Below, in pieces: positions 59,681 through 64,000 of a DNA stretch of 64,000 nucleotides. The position numbers and the translations under genes are program-made. Position 1 is the first letter of the stretch, and the number at the start of each line of letters is the position of its first letter. The stretch comes from a virus (lineage: Duplodnaviria; Caudoviricetes): the IMG/VR virus record IMGVR_UViG_3300010163_003659, positions 31,901 to 95,900 of that record; one strand, 5' to 3'. The notes beneath the pieces were generated by a model. That model saw nothing but the letters and a program-made list of their open reading frames with translations. It was not told where the DNA came from and searched no databases.

Positions 59681-60773
59681 ATGGAGGTTTTGGTAATGGG
59701 GACAGGAAAAAATAAGAAAAAATATTCTGAGATAAATATGGGCGAAATATTGTTCGGGGACAGTGTGGCTGTCTTTGGGCATGTTGAAGATGACCGCCAT
59801 ATCACGCTTTTTATGAAATCCAAAGCGGTACAGGGAACCTGTCCTGTGTGTAGCGTTGTTTCTGACCAATACCACAGCACCTATCATAGAAATTTGCAGG
59901 CAGTCCCCATCCGGGGGAAAAATACCCGCCTTGACGTAATCGCTTATAAGTTCTATTGCAATAATCCAGAATGCAGCCAGAAAGTTTTTATGGAATCCCT
60001 CCCCTTCGCATCCCCATCGCAGACAAGGACGGACGAACTTACCTGCATTATTCTTGCGGTATCATTATTCATGAGCAATGAAGGAGCAAGCACTATCCTT
60101 AAGGAAATGGGAATCCATGTAAGCAACGACACGATTGGCTGTCTTTACAACAGGCTGTCTATTGAGGATGCCACGGATATTCAGGCTGTCGGCATTGACG
60201 ATGTCGCCATACGGAAGGGGCAGACATATGCCACCGCAATCTATGACCTTGCCGATCACCATATGGTAGCCCTGCTTGACGGCAGGGAGGCTGATACCCT
60301 GCGGGAATGGCTGAGAAACCATAAGAAGATAAAACTTGTCGCAAGAGACCGCGCCAGTGCATACGCGAACGCAATCAACGATGTACTGCCGGAATGTACC
60401 TAGGTGGCAGACCGCTTTCATCTGCTTCAGAACCTGATAGACAGGATGAAAGACATTTTCAGAGAGGAACTGCCGGAGAAGTTTTACATAAAGGACGGAA
60501 AACTGCTGGATGAAACACCGGATGTGGAGAAAAGGCTCAAGATCCCGCAAGATTCAGAAGCATTCCATGGTATAGCCTATGACAATTCGCCTCCCCTGGA
60601 TCATACAGGCTCTCCTGTCATGTTTGATGACACCACATACCACCCGGGCAGGGCAAGGAGCAAAAAGGAAGCGGAAAACAGGAAAAAAAACAGCAGAAAG
60701 TCATAGATATCCGGGCGGAATGGGACGCCTGTCCAGAAACAGCAGATATGAAAGCATTTGCACAGACTCATTC
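59681..60773 (+). pseudogene. ISL3 transposase, premature stop and truncated by IS3
   Basis: CPVC, GIDDVAIRKGQTY, RDRASAY, T*VADRFHL (TAG 60401); C-terminal KLIKRILYGR resumes after 62131. Confidence 0.88.
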
Positions 60774-60847
60774 TGATGTTGTATCATAATACTTGACACT
60801 TCCACTTCACGGATATATAAAAAAGAAGTGAAAATGGAGGTTGTAAA

Positions 60848-61180
60848 ATGGCACAGAAAAAAGTCTACGACAAAGAATTCAAAATTCAGGCCGTAAAGCT
60901 TGGAAGAGAGATTGGGTTTAGCAAAGCGGCAAAAGAACTGGGAGTCAATATTGATACGCTATATGGATGGAATAAGCGTGCAAAAGACGCCAGGCTGGGT
61001 CTGGGGCCGGGAACTCAGACACCAGATACAGCGATGAGCCTTACGGAAGAGGTACAGAAGCTTAGACAGCAGAACAGAGAACAGGCAAAGGAAATTGCCC
61101 GCTTAAAAGAGGAAAATGAGTTCTTAGCGGAAGCCAGCGCTTTTTTCGCAGCGAGCCGTCGGAAGTCAGCAAAAACCTGA
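60848..61180 (+). CDS. IS3 transposase OrfA
   Basis: YDKEFKIQAV HTH; LKEENEFL..ASAFFA. Confidence 0.9.
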   Translation: MAQKKVYDKEFKIQAVKLGREIGFSKAAKELGVNIDTLYGWNKRAKDARLGLGPGTQTPDTAMSLTEEVQKLRQQNREQAKEIARLKEENEFLAEASAFFAASRRKSAKT

Positions 61181-61182
61181 GG

Positions 61183-62088
61183 ATGAGGTTTATCGATATA
61201 AAGACGGATGGCGGCACTCTCAAGGGGAAAATTGCGTTTTATTGTGATGCGCTTGATGTGACAAGGCAGGGATTTTACTGGTATTTAAAACATCGGGATG
61301 ACCCGTGGAAATACGAGGGAATCGCTGAAAAAATGCGTGGTATCGTGGCAGAGGATGAATGTAATGATACTTACGGCCGCTGCCGGATGTATCAGGCGTT
61401 AAAGCTGAAATATCCGGACGAAGACATTCCCAGTGAAAGGACTGTTTACAGGATTATGGAAGAGATAGGGTTAAGCCACAGGCCAAACCGCAAACCAAAT
61501 GGAATTACAAAAGAGGACAGGAATGCCCGGAAATCAGAAGATCTTTTCAAGCGGGATTTCACGGCGCAAAGGCCGCTTGAAAAATGTGTGACGGACATCA
61601 CCGAAATTCCTGCCATGGATGGGAAACTCTATGTATCGGCAATCTTTGACTGCTATGATCTAGGGGTACTTGGACTTGCAATGGCAAATAATATGAAAGC
61701 TGGACTGTGTGTATCCACAATAGAAAATGCTGCGAAAGCATTCCCATCCATCAGCGGTGCAATTATCCACAGTGACCGTGGGAGTCAGTACACAAGCGCA
61801 TCCTATAGGGCGGAACTAAGCCGCTGCGGGATCGTGCAGAGTATGAACAGCGATGGCGGTAGATGCCATGACAATGCGCGCTGTGAGGCTATGTGGGCGA
61901 GGATGAAGGAGGAACTCTTGTATGGCAGATATAATACAAAGGAAATGGCAATCGAGGAACTTAAAACCCTAGTATGGAGATACTTTATTATCTATTGGAA
62001 CAATCGGAGGATATGCTCAGCCAATGGCGGTCTGCCTCCAATGCTTAAAAGGAAACAGTATTATGAATCACTGGAGCAGGCGGCTTAA
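61183..62088 (+). CDS. IS3 transposase OrfB (DDE)
   Basis: TDITE, HSDRGSQY, DNARCE..KEE. Confidence 0.92.
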   Translation: MRFIDIKTDGGTLKGKIAFYCDALDVTRQGFYWYLKHRDDPWKYEGIAEKMRGIVAEDECNDTYGRCRMYQALKLKYPDEDIPSERTVYRIMEEIGLSHRPNRKPNGITKEDRNARKSEDLFKRDFTAQRPLEKCVTDITEIPAMDGKLYVSAIFDCYDLGVLGLAMANNMKAGLCVSTIENAAKAFPSISGAIIHSDRGSQYTSASYRAELSRCGIVQSMNSDGGRCHDNARCEAMWARMKEELLYGRYNTKEMAIEELKTLVWRYFIIYWNNRRICSANGGLPPMLKRKQYYESLEQAA

Positions 62089-62441
62089 AGATTTCGTGAA
62101 GAAAAAGTGTAAAGGGATATTGACAATATCAAACTGATCAAACGTATTCTTTACGGACGCTCCGGTCTCGCAAACCTGTTCCGAAAATGTTACGCCGCAT
62201 TCAGTATAACACAGACCAATGTGCCTGTCCAATCACTAATCCCTGGTCTAGATAAGCGTATAAAAAAGTTAACAGAAAAAATCATGGTTCTTACCCAATC
62301 ATGAGTAAGAACCTCCGACAAACTGAGCGGCTGTTTCAGCAACTTATAAGTTGGGCTAACCGTCTATCGGTAGTCCTGTGGGGCACCTGTTACAGCAGGT
62401 GTCCTTCTTTATGTTCAATATACCATAATCTGTGCAGAGTT

Positions 62442-63542
62442 TCAAGTGCTTTCTTCTGGCGGCGGTGTCCGGCGGAACTGGTTCAGCCTGTCGGCCAGCT
62501 TCTGATCTTTATCCGGGTACAGATGGGAATAGGTGTCAAGGGTTGTTTTCACTGATTCATGTCCCAGACGGTCAGCTATCTCCAATGGGGTAAAGCCGAG
62601 TTCTATCAACATGCTTGCATGGCTGTGCCGCAGGTCATGCACCCGGATCGGCGTCAGCCCTGCCTTTTCGGATGCCCGCTTTATTTCCTTTTCCAGAGCA
62701 GATTTTGTAAAATAAAAGATTCGGTCTCCCTTCCCAATCCCATAGAGCTTTGATATATACTCATGGATATCATTATACAGAAAATCTGGAATGGAGATAC
62801 ACCGCTTTGCTTTGGGCGTCTTCGGTTCCAGAAATAGTTCCTCGCCTTTTACTTTTGCATAATTCTTATTGATATCCACCCGCTTAGAGGGAAGGATGTC
62901 TGCAGGGGTGAGCGCCAGCAGCTCCCCAGACCGCATCCCGGTATAAAACAGCATGTCAAAAGCCAGCTTTATAGATGATTTCTGGATAGCACCGGAAAAC
63001 TGTTCATATTGTTCCTGCGTCCAGATGTGCATTTCGTCTGCTTTGCTTTTCCCCATACTGCCGGCTGCCCTGCAGGGATTGGATGGGAGCTGGTAATGTG
63101 CCACGGCATAATTCATAAGGGCAGACAGCTGGTTATTGACGGTCTTAAGGTATGTCTGCGAGAATGGTTTCCCTGTTTCATCCCTGTATGAAATCAATTT
63201 ATTCTGCCACTTCCGGATTTTGATGGTATCAATATCGCACACTTTCAGCCTGCCGAAGTAGGGGAGCAGTTTGCCTTCGATGATAAAGCGCTTATTCTCC
63301 ATCGTGGTAGGCTTCAGACGGTGCCCCATGTCTTCCAGATAATTTTCTACGAGGGAAGAAAAGAGTATGTCGCTGGTATTCTTTTCCTGATCCAGAAACG
63401 ACCGTTCATACTCTTTAGCCTCCCGCTGTGTTTTGAATTCTCTTTTACAGGTATGTTTATTCTGCCCGGTCCAGTCCGTATAGTTAAAGGCAGCGTACCA
63501 CATGGTTTTTCCGTTTTTAAGAGTGTATTTATAGGCTGGCAT
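62442..63542 (-). CDS. int: Phage tyrosine integrase
   Basis: YTGMRSGE, HDLRHSHAS, RLGHES...TYSHLY; N-terminal arm-binding domain. Confidence 0.95.
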   Translation of the reverse strand: MPAYKYTLKNGKTMWYAAFNYTDWTGQNKHTCKREFKTQREAKEYERSFLDQEKNTSDILFSSLVENYLEDMGHRLKPTTMENKRFIIEGKLLPYFGRLKVCDIDTIKIRKWQNKLISYRDETGKPFSQTYLKTVNNQLSALMNYAVAHYQLPSNPCRAAGSMGKSKADEMHIWTQEQYEQFSGAIQKSSIKLAFDMLFYTGMRSGELLALTPADILPSKRVDINKNYAKVKGEELFLEPKTPKAKRCISIPDFLYNDIHEYISKLYGIGKGDRIFYFTKSALEKEIKRASEKAGLTPIRVHDLRHSHASMLIELGFTPLEIADRLGHESVKTTLDTYSHLYPDKDQKLADRLNQFRRTPPPEEST

Positions 63543-63604
63543 TGATTTTCCTCTTTTAAATTATTTTGCTATATTGAAAAGTTGCAATAATATGTTATAA
63601 TATG

Positions 63605-63702
63605 TTTAACAAGAGAGTCGAAGCTAGATGAAACCTAGCCCCCGGCAAAGTAAGAAATAAAAAATAGCGTCGTATCTTGTCAGGATGGGGACGCTATTTT
63701 TT
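63605..63702 (+). ncRNA. Putative antisense antitoxin RNA
   Basis: TTGAAA..TGtTATAAT promoter (63574-63601); AAAATAGCGTC..GACGCTATTTT terminator overlapping toxin 3' end. Confidence 0.5.
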
Positions 63703-63780
63703 ACGTATGAAAGTAATTACAAGAGAAATTACTGTACACAACATAATTACAAATGTAAATAAATCACTGTATGTAACCAG
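63694..63780 (-). CDS. Putative holin-like type I toxin (28 aa, CTG at start position)
   Basis: (M)VTYSDLFTFVIMLCTVISLVITFIRKK; AAAGGGGA RBS. Confidence 0.65.
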   Translation of the reverse strand: MVTYSDLFTFVIMLCTVISLVITFIRKK

Positions 63781-64000
63781 AATATCATCCCCTTTCGTAA
63801 TGTCCGGGGGTGAAGCATCGCCCAGTCGGCTCCCTGACCAAGCATATTATTCAATTTATAATGTAAAATTGCTTTACATAGTTATTATATTACTTCGGCT
63901 ATTAAAACTCGAATTTTTAATAGCCGTATTTTTTTATGTACTCAAGTTTTTTGTGTTCAAACAAGCAAGTTACTTTTTTCCGTTCATTTTGCAGACCTAT

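Larger units (their letters stand above)
60774..62131 (+). mobile_element. IS3-family element nested in ISL3
   Basis: TG..CA ends with imperfect IRs; orfA/orfB; no target duplication. Confidence 0.88.
59551..62313 (+). mobile_element. ISL3-family element, inactivated
   Basis: Perfect 28-bp terminal IRs GGTTCTTACTCATGATTGGGTAAGAACC; 8-bp target duplication TCCGACAA (59543, 62314). Confidence 0.93.

Overview
Low-GC Firmicute DNA (probably Lachnospiraceae-like) dominated by a contractile-tailed, PBSX/Xkd-like temperate phage. From 1 to ~58.8 kb it runs through late-early genes, a symporter/PAPS-reductase/ParB cluster, packaging, head, tail and lysis genes. The large-terminase gene is split by a 20,440-bp tyrosine-integrase element (att core TCTACATGGT at 11008-11017 and 31448-31457); precise excision restores a ~491-aa TerL, so this looks like a helper-embedded satellite. 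The element carries two paralogous STAND/NB-ARC-TPR (NLR-like) genes. Each sits downstream of a different small effector (a TIR protein; a single-TM micro-protein) and shares with that effector a private N/G-rich ~20-30-aa motif, the architecture expected of amyloid-coupled NLR signalling. It also carries palindromes matching those inside the helper's terS, a possible packaging-site mimic. The phage itself carries a Tad2-family sponge fusion and a cas-less, leaderless 11-repeat CRISPR array in which no two repeats are identical, downstream of an RHH-like gene. The right end holds a type I toxin locus interrupted by a dead ISL3 (itself hit by IS3), a second integrase and a second type I toxin. 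All family calls are from motif recognition by eye; no searches were run.
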